Positions 1-12,390 of a DNA stretch of 32,240 nucleotides are shown piece by piece. Positions within the stretch are counted from its first letter, which is position 1. Each line of letters opens with the position of its first letter. The position numbers were made by a program, and so were the translations under genes. The DNA is from Atractiella rhizophila. Its lineage: Eukaryota. The stretch covers positions 1 through 32,240 of the forward strand of contig MU271431.1 in NCBI GenBank assembly GCA_021432655.1, written 5' to 3'. Below the pieces are notes generated by a model. That model had not been told where the DNA came from. It saw only the letters and a program-made list of their open reading frames with translations, and made no database searches.

Positions 1-395
1 TGTACTCTTACGAGAATGGAAATTGAATGAGTTCTGAGGCAAGATCTGGCGTAAATAATCACTTATGAGCAAGGTCGATTATACGCAACTTCCATTGCAA
101 GATAACGTGTGGTTTTAAAGCAAGACACAAGACGGATCCGCTAGGGGTAGAAAAACAAGCAATAGATAAAACAGTCAACTACAACATGTTTAGGTCGTCA
201 ACTGCTTGTTAAGGACTAAAATACAAAGTCGGATATTGTTACATATTGCATTTGCAACCTCTGATACCAAATTTATAATGCATGCTGATGTGATGGAGCT
301 TTCGGTTCGAATTGATTAGCTTTCGATCCGGATAGCCTTTGTGAGGCTCATTTGTTTAGCTTCCGCCTCTTTTTAAGGGTGCCATGTCGGACTCT

Positions 396-3300
396 TTACT
401 GAACGGTGCCGTGCGATATATCGTCGAGGACACGATCTATCACTTGTTGAACAAAGAAAGGATCGACCTCCGGCTCCGATTTGACAGTGGTAAGCAGAGA
501 AGACTGTTGATTGATGGATGTAGGGATGGGGAAGTTGTGGAGGGAATATGGGGGTGCGTTGAAGTTGCTAAAAGGGTGATAAGGTGGTGGGGAAGTCTGT
601 TGAGCTGGACCGCCAGTCGAAGAGGCGACGTTGGCAGAGTTGAAAGAGGCAAATGGATTGTACGAAGACTGCCATTGTGACGTGGCTTGCGTCGTTTGGC
701 TGCTCTCTCTCGCCTCCCGTAGAAACATTTGCTGCTGCCGCATGAGTTCAGAAGGGCTGCTACTAAAGAACGAGCATGGAAGCATACATCCTCTGGCGGG
801 GAGCCTTTCTCTGACAGCGACAGTCGGCTAAAGCTTTCCTCGAACGAGCTGACCTCCCAAGCAAAACTAATGCCTGCCCATCCAGCTGCCTTGTTTCCTT
901 CGATGACTCTGCCATAAGCCAAATTAAACTTCACCTGCAGTCAAAGAAGAACATACATGTCAACCAGCTTCTGCGCACTAGTTTCCGAGGTGAAATCGTG
1001 ATGAATGATTGGATTTTCGGCAATATAAGTCGGGAGGTACCCTGTGCCTCCTGGAAGGTACGTGTAAGGTGTAAGCCATTGAACGAAAGACAATCTCGTA
1101 GGATTTCGCTTGAATAAGTCATGAGCATCTTTGATACGCTGTTGAGAAGAATGCGCACGATGCGATCCCATCGAACCCATAGTGCTAGTTTGGCGATCTC
1201 GATGTGAGCCTCCTCTTTACAGGCTTGCTTCAGCCGCATGAATTCGTCAGGTAATGATGGCTCTGGGGATGACCATTCATTGGCGGAGGGTTCTGGTTCT
1301 GCGTAGAAACGATCTTCGAGCTTGTGCAGGTAAGCCAGGAAGACAAAATAGATCTCTGCCTCCTCTGTTTGATTGAGTTGCGTTGACCCATCACTTTCTC
1401 TCCCCATTGGGCCATAATAAATAAACGGTGGACGAGGGTCCTCTTCTTCCTCTTCGACAAGATCGGGAGGTTTCTGAGTGGTATGCGTCGAGTCGCGCCA
1501 GCGACGTCGCTCTACAATGATGTCCCACAAACGTCCTAACATGGCGAGACATTGACTGGGTGTCGAGTTCTGGAAGGCGTGGTCTGCAAACCGTTCCTGT
1601 CAAGACTGTATCCTCAAACAGAGGAATGACGCACTAAGTATCGAAAAACTACGAAGAATTACTGCGGTAGAAGCCCAAATAACGTTCTCCAGGTCTTCTG
1701 CGGTCTGAGCCTTCGCGACATTCTCGGAAATCTTGTACACCGACAGAGGATCTGTGAAGACATCACCCCGAATATTTGGTGTGGTCATGTATGCTATAAG
1801 TTCCCCATCCGTCCTTCAAGTATGTCAGCTTGTGCGGCAGAAACATGAGAAAGAGACCGTACAAGAAAGGTAACTTGTTAAGTTTCCGCGAAATAACATT
1901 GTCGTGAAGCTGATTACTGCATGAGCCACAAGCGCAAAAAAAGGCTAAAGAAGGGCGGACAATCAGGTAGCCACAGATATCATCCCTTAATTCAGCCTTT
2001 TTGTCTTCTTCCATCCAACAAATCTCTTTCTTCCATAGTTCTCTCCACGTCCTAATCTCGAGTTTAAAGACTTCCTCCACCTGCTCGGGATATAGATGCC
2101 AAAAGGTTATCACGACGTCTCGAAGAATGTAAAGATTGGTCAGCGTCGGTTTGTGTAAGTTGGTAAGAATCGGATCGGAAAGTGTTTTCGAAATCACCTG
2201 CATGATTAGAATTCGACAGAGGGACTCTCGAGATCGTCCGTAGAGTCGCAAATCGCCCGACAGAGCAGGCTTTTTAGGCGGGGTGATGGCCCCAAGTAGA
2301 GCCTATGAAAATGAATTAGTCTTAGAAACATGTGAAGTGTTTGGAACGTACGCTGTGCGCGGAATGTCGAGCACCTCTAAGGAGAGATAGCGAAATGATA
2401 ACCTGCTCTCATAATGAGTGCGTTCACTAACATGTTGAGCCGAAAACAGACTTCTCCATATGGTCCCATCTTGCTACTGTCCCATTCAGCTCGAGCAAAG
2501 TCTTCCAACAAGTTCGGGAACAGCCGCTTGGTGACCAGGGTATTGTTGGTCGTAATGCACTCTAACGTGTGGTCGGTGCTTATTCCATCATAGAATACAA
2601 GAAATAGCAGCTCACCTTCAACCAAGTGCACACTCAATGCCCCTTCTCTAACGCTAACACCCAACCGATAGTCCACACCACCCATCCCTACGCCAATGCT
2701 ATTCAAAAGGGCTTCTGCCTGTCCACCTGCTCTTGCAATCTCAGATCCCACAGCCCTTAAGCGTTCTTGCTCCTGTTGTCTCTCCTTCTCCTGCATGGTT
2801 GTCTTCGTCCTCCCCCCTTCCTTAACATTTAAGGGCAGTGATGGCGCTGACGCCCGATGGGCTGCAGGAAATGAAGGTCCTAAGGGAAAGAGCAATTGGT
2901 TTGCTCCCAAACCAACGTTTGCCATGCCCATGCCCATGCCCATTCCCGGGAGGAGAGCCTGTTGCTGAGCCTGTAAGAGCTGAAGCTGTTGGAGATGTGT
3001 CGGGCTCGTTGCAGTTGGGAAGGGCAGAGGAAGAGATTGAAAGACGAATGAGGGATACGGCATGTAGGACAACGTTCCAGGAATAAGCTGTGGGAGGAGT
3101 TGTGGTGGGGCCGTGGCCGTTGGAGCTGGGCGATCAGCGCCGAATATGTAGCTGTTCGTTTCGATCAGTCACTTTATGACAGGACGCATCGGTAGATGCT
3201 TACTTAACGAGTTTGATCCTGCTTCCCGATTTTGACCAATTCGTGCGTGCAAGCGGTATATACGTAGTTACGCATCTATTGTCGAAACAGACCCTTATCA

Positions 3301-4700
3301 GTGCTGAAATCACGGGGGTACATGTGAGTGGGAAATACTTGGTTCCGCAGAGAAACATCTAGCTCTCATGTACGTGTAAAAGGGAGCAGCGAAAAGTATA
3401 ATAACGTAGAAATCAATCAACGTTCGAGAAAGAGGCGTCGTTCCACTCCATCCTTGCTGGTTAGGACAATTCATATACCTGATCTCAAGTACAACGAGTC
3501 CAAGGAGAACTGTGGATCACCATCCGGAGACTGGACGTTGAGAGTTTACGCATGGATTGGCGGAGACGGAAGCGGGTAGTACATTTCACAAAAAGGCGAC
3601 ATAACACAATGCCGTAACCGAATCGGTTCATCTTCAGTAACATCTCCTTCAGAATGAGAGAAGATGCGAATCTGCAAGAGTTCGACGCCTTCAACTCCGG
3701 GTCGAAATGGCATTCAGACATGCCACAGAGGGAATGCTCTTCATCTTTCCCTCATGGCAACGGGGGGTTGCCCGAGGGACGAGGGCACAAACACACTTGT
3801 GATCATAAGGTGATGACTGGTTTGTTGGTGGATGAGAGCGAAGCAGAAAAGGTCATCTTCATCCACCTTCGCTGTGGTGCTGGATGCAGGAGGAGCTAAC
3901 ATTGGCTTCTGTTACAGCGCATTGCCAGCTGAAGGGAGTGAGAGCTGAATAACACCATAAGTTCAACTCTCCCTTCCCCAACCAAGCAAGCGGCCGTCAA
4001 ATTGCGGCAGAAACCGGTCGGAAACCTAGACAACTCTGCATCGCAGAGGGAACTTGACATAACCTTCCCAGCTTACATGTCGCGTCGGGAAGCCTTCGAC
4101 AACTTAATTCATACTTGTATCGAGGCCAGGAATGAACAGCAGAGCATATGCCAGTGTGGACTTATCGTGTGCTCCTTCGCCATCAGATACAGAAGATAGC
4201 CCATCGGTTTGACTCGTCGCCGGGACAGAGCTGTGCAGTTGCAACTCCCTCCTTCCTCCGTCCTCTCTGACCTCAGAAGACGAGGTGCTGACAGACAGAC
4301 TGGGCAAACAGAAGTAGCAGGGAAAGGGAAAGGACGCGAAAGGGAATACATACTCCCACTTCTTCTCCACGCAACTCTCGCAGTCCTCCTCCTCGTCCTT
4401 CCTCACACACTTCCTCCTGAACTTCCTACACCTATCGCACGCCGTCATCTTCGCTCCCTTCGGCCGAGGCGGTCTTGGAGGTTTATTCTTCTTCCCATCC
4501 CCATTCGCAGTCGTCGCTGCTGCTGCTAATGCGGATGGGGCGACAGAGGGAGCAGTAGGGGGCGAAGAAGTGGTAGCTTCTGCTGGTGCGGAATTGGAAA
4601 TTGGCGGTGAGGATTGAGAAGGCGAGGAGGAGAGGGCGGGAGGGGAAGGGTCGCGATCCATCATTAGAGGGGGCGGTGGCTGAGGTTGGGGAGAACTCAT
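396..4700 (-). CDS. Zn(II)2Cys6 (GAL4-type) fungal transcription factor, multi-exon
   Basis: Exon 1 (4700-4354) runs from a Pro/Ser-rich N-terminus to ACDRCRKFRRKCVRKDEEEDCESCVEKKW. Splicing from GTATGT (4353) to AATAG (3276) supplies the sixth Cys in phase (WE-CVTTYIPLARTNWSKSGSRIK). A second intron (3203-3126) joins in phase to the Q/P/G-rich 2377-3072 ORF. Downstream minus-strand ORFs (1763-2251, 1600-1788, 931-1542, 396-785) look like further exons ending at TAA 396-398, but their linkage is less certain. Confidence 0.75.
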
Positions 4701-5140
4701 CCTTCTTCCTGCGATCGAGGTAATTTGAATGATGGTCGTTTTCTCGTATGATTCGCTGCCAGTGGCTTCTCCGGAGAGGTCACGTCCCGGTGGACTAGAA
4801 TTAAAGATGGCTGTGGAGAAGGATATCACCGATTCCTCTCGACGGTTCTTATCGCGTGCTCTTGAGCCACCTCGTTGATATTAGCCCTCGTGCTTCTGTA
4901 CGAAAGTGTTTCATTTCATTATCTCCTTGTACGGAACTGTGCGAACGACCATTTGCCCCTTGTCGCAATATGAATCAATTATGCCATTTCACATGAAGGC
5001 CTTTACAACTTTAGATTGTCAAGTTTCAAGACAATCTGCTGCAAATACAGTTTCGTCCAAGCAATGATGATTTGGTTTTCACAAAAACTTTACACAAATA
5101 GACGAAAAAGTATCTGATATGATGAAGTGCACGCCACTGC

Positions 5141-7827
5141 TCACACAACACCTGCAGACCATCGTTAGACCCATATAATTAGAAGAATATGTAGAATGAT
5201 AAGCGGAAGCGTGGAAGAGCTTACCCATCACCACTCTCGGATACTTCTCCCTTATCATCTCGAAAAGGACCGGATCCCGCTGAGCCAGAACCATTGGTCG
5301 TTCGCCCAGACTATCCACCAGATCCACAATCACCATTCGTCCTCTGTTCCTGTTCCTGCATGTTCACGGAGGACTCACCACACAAAAACAGTCGACACGC
5401 CTGAATGTGCCATCCGAAAGTAAATAAACTATACACCATGATGGGCGGAGCGGTTAGGGAAGACGGACCAGATGATAAACAGCCGTATCCCAACGAGTGG
5501 CTGATGAAAAAACCAATCACGAATCCGTATCCAATAAGAGCGGCGTAGAGGCCGGGGGATTGGTCGATATATGATGGGTTCGAAACCTTCAACTATATAT
5601 CGTAGCAACGGTCTCAGGCTTTGCCAGCTGAGGAGCGAGAGGAAGGGGAGCATACGTAGATATACCTGTTTCCACCCTTGTAAGCTTGAAAGGAACTATG
5701 GAGTGAGAGGCATACACGAAGAAAGAGCAAAGTGCGCCGACAGCACTACTCCGTCGAAGATGTCAGCATCCAATCTATTCCCCTCCCAATTGGACGTACA
5801 AAGACCCAAACGTCCATATCTATCCACTCTGTCAGCACCATCTGCTATAGAAGGGGGATGGAGAATGCAGACATTAGACACCAAGCAGTCATTGATGAGA
5901 GCATCGATCCCTCGATCCTTCAACAACCTCCATGTATCACGCGCCGCGTCAATGTATTTCTTCCCACTATCCTCGTACCAATGCCAAACGTATTAATCAC
6001 ATCCTTCAAATAAAGAAGAAACATACAAAAGTGCAATCTCGATATAAGCATATCTACGCACTCTTAACGTCAGCGGTCCTTTCTCAAAGAATCATGACGA
6101 AGTACGAACCGATTGAAATACTGGACCAGCTGGCTCACACATCCCACAAAGCATCGAGCAATGCAAGCAAGACAGTAACCAATAAAGTCGCCACTTTGCT
6201 GCTCTTCACTAGCAAGGATGTTCAATATCGCTCTCAGCGTCTCAAGGAGGGCGACTATCAATGAGCCCTCGCAAATTGAGCCGAATGAGTATGTCACAGC
6301 GCGTCGGAGACAGCCGAGGGTTATGGAGAGGTGGGATTGAGATGGATGAGAGCCGGAGAAGTAATGCGTTCCTTCATATATCCATAGTCCAGAGTCAGGT
6401 TCGCAAAAAACATGAAAGGGCGGTGGGTAGAAAACTAACCAAATATTCCCGAAATTGACGTGAGGGCGACGTTAGAAATGACCTGAGTAGTCCAATAAAA
6501 CGACTGTGCCCATAACTCATCAGCATCTGCCTATGCAGGAAGAACAAATGTGAGAGGACGAACGAAGACTAAGAATATTGCCAGTCCAATTAACGTCGAA
6601 TTGTTGCATCCTTCCCCGTTGCGATTTCGACACGAAGCCGAATTTGGATTGTACTTTCTATTCCAGAGCAATTCAAACAGTCATGAGCATAGATTTGCAC
6701 ATATAAAAGTGGTGCGATGTACGAGTAAATACCCGTGATAGCAAAAGACCACCTTCCCAAATTCATCAATTTCCTTTCTTTCTAATAAAAAGACGGACGA
6801 ACCAAGCTGAATATACGGCGAGGATGACAGTTGACAAGATTGCTAGGCCGTATGTAGACTTGTGTTCATCTATTTACATGCCAAAAAACAAGACATTAGT
6901 ATCCCGTCTCATCAAATGAGAGTGTGAGAGGACGTACTTGCTATTCGGATGACGAATTGGAGGACAAGGGTGGAGAAGGGGATTCTCCTGCGCATTGGGA
7001 AGTAGCACTGCATGGATGAAAGAAGATAATCAGATTATGCTCTTGGTGAGAAGACGAGGGAGATGCGAGTACTACGGCTCGATCTACAACATTTACGAAC
7101 ACCCAATGAGTTCGTCCTTGAGGCGAGAACAGCAAGTTTCTCTCAACAATAGCACTCTTTTCACCTCTTGAACAAAGCAGGAAGAACTTACTATTATGCT
7201 TATTATGGCGAAGATAGTGAAGATGATGGCACCAGAATAATATCCCACAATCCTGAAATTGAACCACCACTTCATTCCCATCCCGCCATTGACTGAGAAG
7301 AAAGGAGCGTACCAAAGATAAATCGCGTAAGCAACGCTAAAAACCACGCTCAAACCCAGACATATCTCCAACACCACCTTCGTAAACGTCTTAACGACCC
7401 ACAACAACCCCAAACTGAGCACGAATGCAGCCGCCGTGACCAAAGCCAACAAATACGCCGTGTTGAGATTCGCCGTTCCCGCATTTGGGGGCGCATCATC
7501 ACCCAGTCCTCCACCACCAGCTGCGCTCGAAAACAGGTCGTTCACTCCAATGACTGACACCGCTACGAATCCGCCGATGTTGGCGAGGAAGAGGAGGACG
7601 AAGATGACGTCGTTCCATTTCGGCTTCTCCGGCGCGTAGTAGGGAGGTGGAGGCTCAGACGGGTATTGTGGTTGTTGCGCGTCCGGGGTGGAGGAATAGG
7701 GGGGAGCTGGGGCACCGTATTTTTGCGGTTGCGGCATGGAGTAGGCTTGATGCGTCGCCTTGGGCTCTTGAGGACCTCCATGCTGTTGCTGTGGGAGGTG
7801 CTCGGGATGGTAATACGATTCGTTCAT
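5141..7827 (-). CDS. PNS1: PNS1 / choline transporter-like (CTL family) membrane protein, multi-exon
   Basis: Pro/Tyr/Gln-rich N-terminus followed by KPKWNDVIFVLLFL and several TM segments. Later exons give SFGSICEGSLIVALL, CIARCFVGCVSQLVQYFNR, KDRGIDALINDCLVSNV and DPVLFEMIREKYPRVV, all typical of fungal Pns1. The stop TGA at 5141-5143 is inferred after a last short intron. Confidence 0.9.
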
Positions 7828-7997
7828 CCTCTTTGCTGTCTGTGAATACGGTGTGAGCTGAGACTTGGCGGGAGTGGCAGAGGGAGTGGAAGTCGTTATA
7901 AATGTTTAGCGTTTCTGGACTGAGATCGAATGACGTAAATTGATCCAGAATTCCGGATCTGGAATGACTAGATTACATCACGTGATACTAAATAACC

Positions 7998-8020
7998 TTT
8001 GCATTTGCATTTGCATTTGC
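7998..8020. repeat. (TTTGCA)n hexanucleotide microsatellite, about 4 units
   Basis: tttgcatttgcatttgcatttgc is directly visible between PNS1 and the F-box gene. Confidence 0.8.
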
Positions 8021-8077
8021 TTCATGCTGCTTCTTGTAACAGCCGACCAAATCCTGATGTTGTTGTCTGACTGCATA

Positions 8078-9576
8078 ATGTCGAGTGAACTTCCCATCTT
8101 CCCAGCCGAACTCTGGCTCCTCGTGGCACAGTACCTGCGTCTTGCTTCCCTCAACAGGCTCAATCGGGCGTGCAAAGCCTTGCACACACTTACCACCTCC
8201 ATGCTTTATCGCACAATACCGAGCTCTCCAGGTTACAAGAAATCGAGGGCAGCCACGAACAGCCTCCTGGAGCGACCAGAGCTGCTGGAACATGTGCATC
8301 ACCTGGCGTTACATGGAGCGAGGAGGCAGGAGGATGCAAGAAGTCGATGAGTTGTTGAAGAACGAGATGCTGCAGGCAAATTTGGAGAGTTTCGAATTTG
8401 CGTATACCAGAGAAACTCACGATGGTGTGCTTCTACTGTCTTCTCTCGATTTTTAGGGCTCTGTTTTTAGAGACCGTCATACAGGATGGCGGCGTTCAGA
8501 GGACTTGCTGAAGGATAATATTATCTGGGAAACGATCAGGGGAGAGAACTTTACCCGCCTTGAGCATCTGACAGTGCGAGAGGCGCCGTATGGATCCAAT
8601 AAACACCGCTCTTCGGTCCGTGTTCCTCCTCTTGAACCTGGTACTCGAGCAGATGCCATTTGACAGCTGTATGATCTCAACTTTTGGAAGAGGATACATT
8701 TTAGCACTCATGAGTATCCGTCTTACTCTGCTGGGCCTCGATTACTGCAGCCTGTTGTGTGACAATGTAACGAGGGCACAGAGTATAATTCGCCATACAC
8801 CAGCGACATGTTCACCTGGCTCGCTGCCAACAAATCGCTCACCTCCCTCGGTCACGAACTTTGTTTTAAATACGGAGAAGAGTCAAAGGTTTGTGCATCC
8901 ATCGTTGGCCTTTTGAAGAAACCGAACTGGCCCTCTTTGATCGACCTCTCCTTCTCCGGAGCGTACTGCGACGATACGGGAATTGAAGACTATGAGTTCG
9001 CGTACGGTCCCTGCCCTTCCGCACGGAACTTCTTCCTCAAACATCCCCAGCTCCGCTCCGATAGCTCAAGATTACTTCCTGCAACTCAATCTAATTTCCA
9101 AAGCCGCCAAACTAACCCCCTCGCTGGCCTACCGAGTGGAGCGCTACCCAATCTCGAATATTTCGTAGGAATCAGAAACGCTGCTGAAGATCTTGGAAAC
9201 GCAGCTTTGATCAGTCTCAAGTAAGTGGTCCTACTCGATGGTTTCGTATGCGTTGGGGACGGGGAGAACTTCCTCCCCCTGTGCGAGCGCTATTTCACAG
9301 CTAGCAAAACTACAAGTTCTAGAAGTCGATCTTTCTGACGAGCCATACAGGTCCTACTTGGGGGATGATGACCTAAGGGCCGTACGGGACGTTGGGACAA
9401 TTTGTCAACGCATTGCAGAAGCGCGGACGAGCTTGAAGAAAGTGATATTGAGAGGAGTCTACGATGAGGAAAGCATTGAAGGCGCTATCAACGCTTTTCG
9501 TGGGGACCCGAGCGTGGGTATCTTGGAGTTCAAGCACAGGCAGGATTTGGACTGGAACGACACATACCCGGAGTGA
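8078..9576 (+). CDS. F-box domain protein with LRR/RNI-like C-terminal region; possibly pseudogenised
   Basis: The N-terminus MSSELPIFPAELWLLVAQYLRLASLNRLNRACKALHTLTTSMLYRTI fits the fungal F-box pattern (LPxELWxxIxxYL...L.RxCKxL...xxxLYRxI). Later exons have LxxLxL-type motifs (WPSLIDLSF, LPNLEYF, LAKLQVLEVDL, SLKKVIL). The frame appears broken near 8310-8350. Confidence 0.7.
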
Positions 9577-9791
9577 GGTATCTCGGAAGGACGCTTCAAT
9601 ACATGTTACGGTAAGAGTTTGATATGCCATGTGAGAAAAGTTGCCATTGTTGACCATATGCAATCTTGCCCTATTTTGATTCGGAGCAGAAATATAAACA
9701 ATGCAAAGCAACATATCATAAACGAATATCATTGCCGTCATGTCGCGTAATCATGAATGTGAGAGATCAAAACAGCGAAAGGAGCAGGTCT

Positions 9792-12390
9792 TCAAGCGTC
9801 GCTGCCACTCTTCTCACTGACAGCATCCTTCTCCGACAAATCGCTCGGGGCATGCTCAAGATGCTCAGCGTTTCCTGAAAGCTCCAACTTCTTGATTCCA
9901 TCTTCCCTCGCTTGCTCTGAAGCAACACAAACGTAAGCGGAGAACTTGCGAGCTGGAACCTTGGCTTGGAACATCTGTTTTGATTATAGGTCAAACATGA
10001 AACAGGCGTCGAAGCCAGCTTGGATGAACGTACTTCATCAATTTCCTGTTAATGTACAAGTAAATAAGTAAGCAATATGAAAAAATTGAGTAATGGACGT
10101 ACCTCGAGAGTCCTGTCCTTTGTTTCTGGGAGGTAAAAGTAAACCCAAATGAAAGCAATAATATTGCTTCCAAACCAGATATAGCCTTTGAGACGTCAAT
10201 ATTATCAATAGGTTTGAGGGTCTACCTACCATACTTCGGTCCCCAGTTGAGGTCAGCTATATAGAACAAGTATCATAAAGAGGACATGATGTAGATTAAC
10301 GAGCACATGCCAGTATTGATAAAGTAGGGTGCACTTCCTTCAAAATCAGCCTAGAGCATGGAAAGCGTGAACACTCACGTGAAACTAGCCAACCATCCTC
10401 CAAAGAATCCTACAGCGGCTGCAAGGCCCAGAGTATGGGAGCGCAGCCGTGTAGAGGGAATCTCGCCTCCAAGAACCCAAGCGACTAAAGAGAAGGTCAG
10501 TCTTCCAATACCCAAGGACACTGAGGACTGTTTACCTGGACCAAGGAACCCAGCGTAGAAGAAAATGTAGATGCAAAGAACACCTGTCAGAGCCTTCAGG
10601 GCTGACTTGCTAGTCGGGGCAACGGTGTAGATGATTGCGATTACGAGCATGGTGATTGCCTGCATGAAAGTGGCGACGAGAATGATGGCTCGTCGACTGA
10701 AGATTCGCACGAGATAGCTGATCATAAGTACGCTGACCTGCCAAAGGCTTAAGCTCGAAGGGCTTTAAAAAGGGAAGACACACAAGCCCGATCACGGCCT
10801 GTTTCAATGATCAGCGGAATTAACAGTTTAACACATAATGAAATCTCACAATAATAATTCCATCCTCAAACGGATCTGTTGGCCGCTATAAAATGATGAA
10901 CAGGGTTGAACAAAAGCCTTACGGGTTGAACCGGCCTGCAGAACTATCAGCGACAGATATGTCTCACAATAGCGAATGAGCTCACAATTTGAAAGAAATA
11001 TACTCCGTATGACCTGAGGAGCGTAAGAGCTAGTCTTAGAAACCCAAATTGAATATCTCACAGCAAGAACATGGCACCAGACGCAGCCTGCAAAGTGACG
11101 GCACAAACCGACAGGACCGTTCTCCGAAGGTTGGTACCTCTGAACATGTCAAGTATATCAACTTTTTGGTCGTCCAAATCTTTTTCAGCCAACCAACCGG
11201 CTTTGATCTCGTTGAACTCCTCTGCAACAAGCGTCTCTGGATATCCGCTTCCCCGAAGACGTCGCAGGTACTTGAGAGCCAATTCTTCCTTTCCGTGCGA
11301 TATGGCCCATCGTGGAGAGTCTGCAATGAATGGCAGGGTGATTGCTAAAATGACTGGGACAATGAACAGGAGCGCGAGAGGGATTTGGTATGAGAGGCGG
11401 GATGAAATCTTGGCAGTGTAGTTGTCGACGATGGTAGCCACCAAGGAGCCAAAGGAAACGTAGAATTGAAAGAAGGCAAACCTGAACTCAGTATTAGAAT
11501 CGTTTCACAGTGGGGAACAATTGAAAGAAAGGGACACAAACTGACATTGTTCCACGGAGATGAGGAGGAGCGATCTCTTGCAAAAACAACTGAACGTTCA
11601 CCATGATGACACCATTCGCAATGCCGAGAAGGAACCTAGCGAAGTACAGTACGCCCACCGCGGTGGTCCCGATTTGAATAGCAATGGCAACTGTGGGGAT
11701 GTTAAGTTTGTCGTAATATTCGAACATGAGCGTTAACGCACCACTGCACACAACGATTGCGACGGCAATGGACTTCCTACGATCAAGCCACTTGCTCATA
11801 GGACCGGCGAGTAGAGAACCTTTGCTCGTAAATTATGAGCATAAAATGATGACTGCTGACTGGTCGTACCAATGAAAGCACCTTTGCTCCCAGTCAACGA
11901 ACTACGTCTGAAAGAAGGTGAAAACAGACCCAGTGTCATGAGTGAGGCAATTAGCTGTTGTACATCGGATTTGATGTTCCATCCAGTGAGCGATTTTGGA
12001 TCCTCATAACCGAATACCTTCACTGCTCTCCCTCATTAAGTGCAACAGCGCAGCATTTACTCAACGCACGAAAACCAGGCATCGCTAGCGCAATTGTGAG
12101 CAAGGAACCAAGTGCAATGTCTAAGTAAATACCTTGGAATCCGCCGATGAGACCGAAATCTATGTGCCATTCAGCATTGGTGACTGGTGATGAAATAAAT
12201 GACGGACCAAACCCATACTGAAAAGCAGCAGACGAAATGATGCTATTCTCCCTCTCTGTTATCTCGCGCTCTGACTAACTAGGGGAGAGACTCGCCTAGC
12301 AATGAATAAGGTCTTCCTATTTTGCCATAAGCTAGAAGCGACAAGGTCGTTCGATTTCTGCACCTTCAAAAAAGCAGGCAGGCGCGGCAT
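9792..12390 (-). CDS. MFS sugar porter family transporter (maltose/alpha-glucoside permease-like), many exons
   Basis: Motifs include KVFGYEDP..GWNI, ARFLLGIANG, QEIAPPHLRG, ADSPRW (PESPRW variant), DMFRGTNLRRT, QAASGAMF, AWVLGGEIPSTRLRSHTLG, PETKDRTLE and MFQAKVPARKF. Confidence 0.92.
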
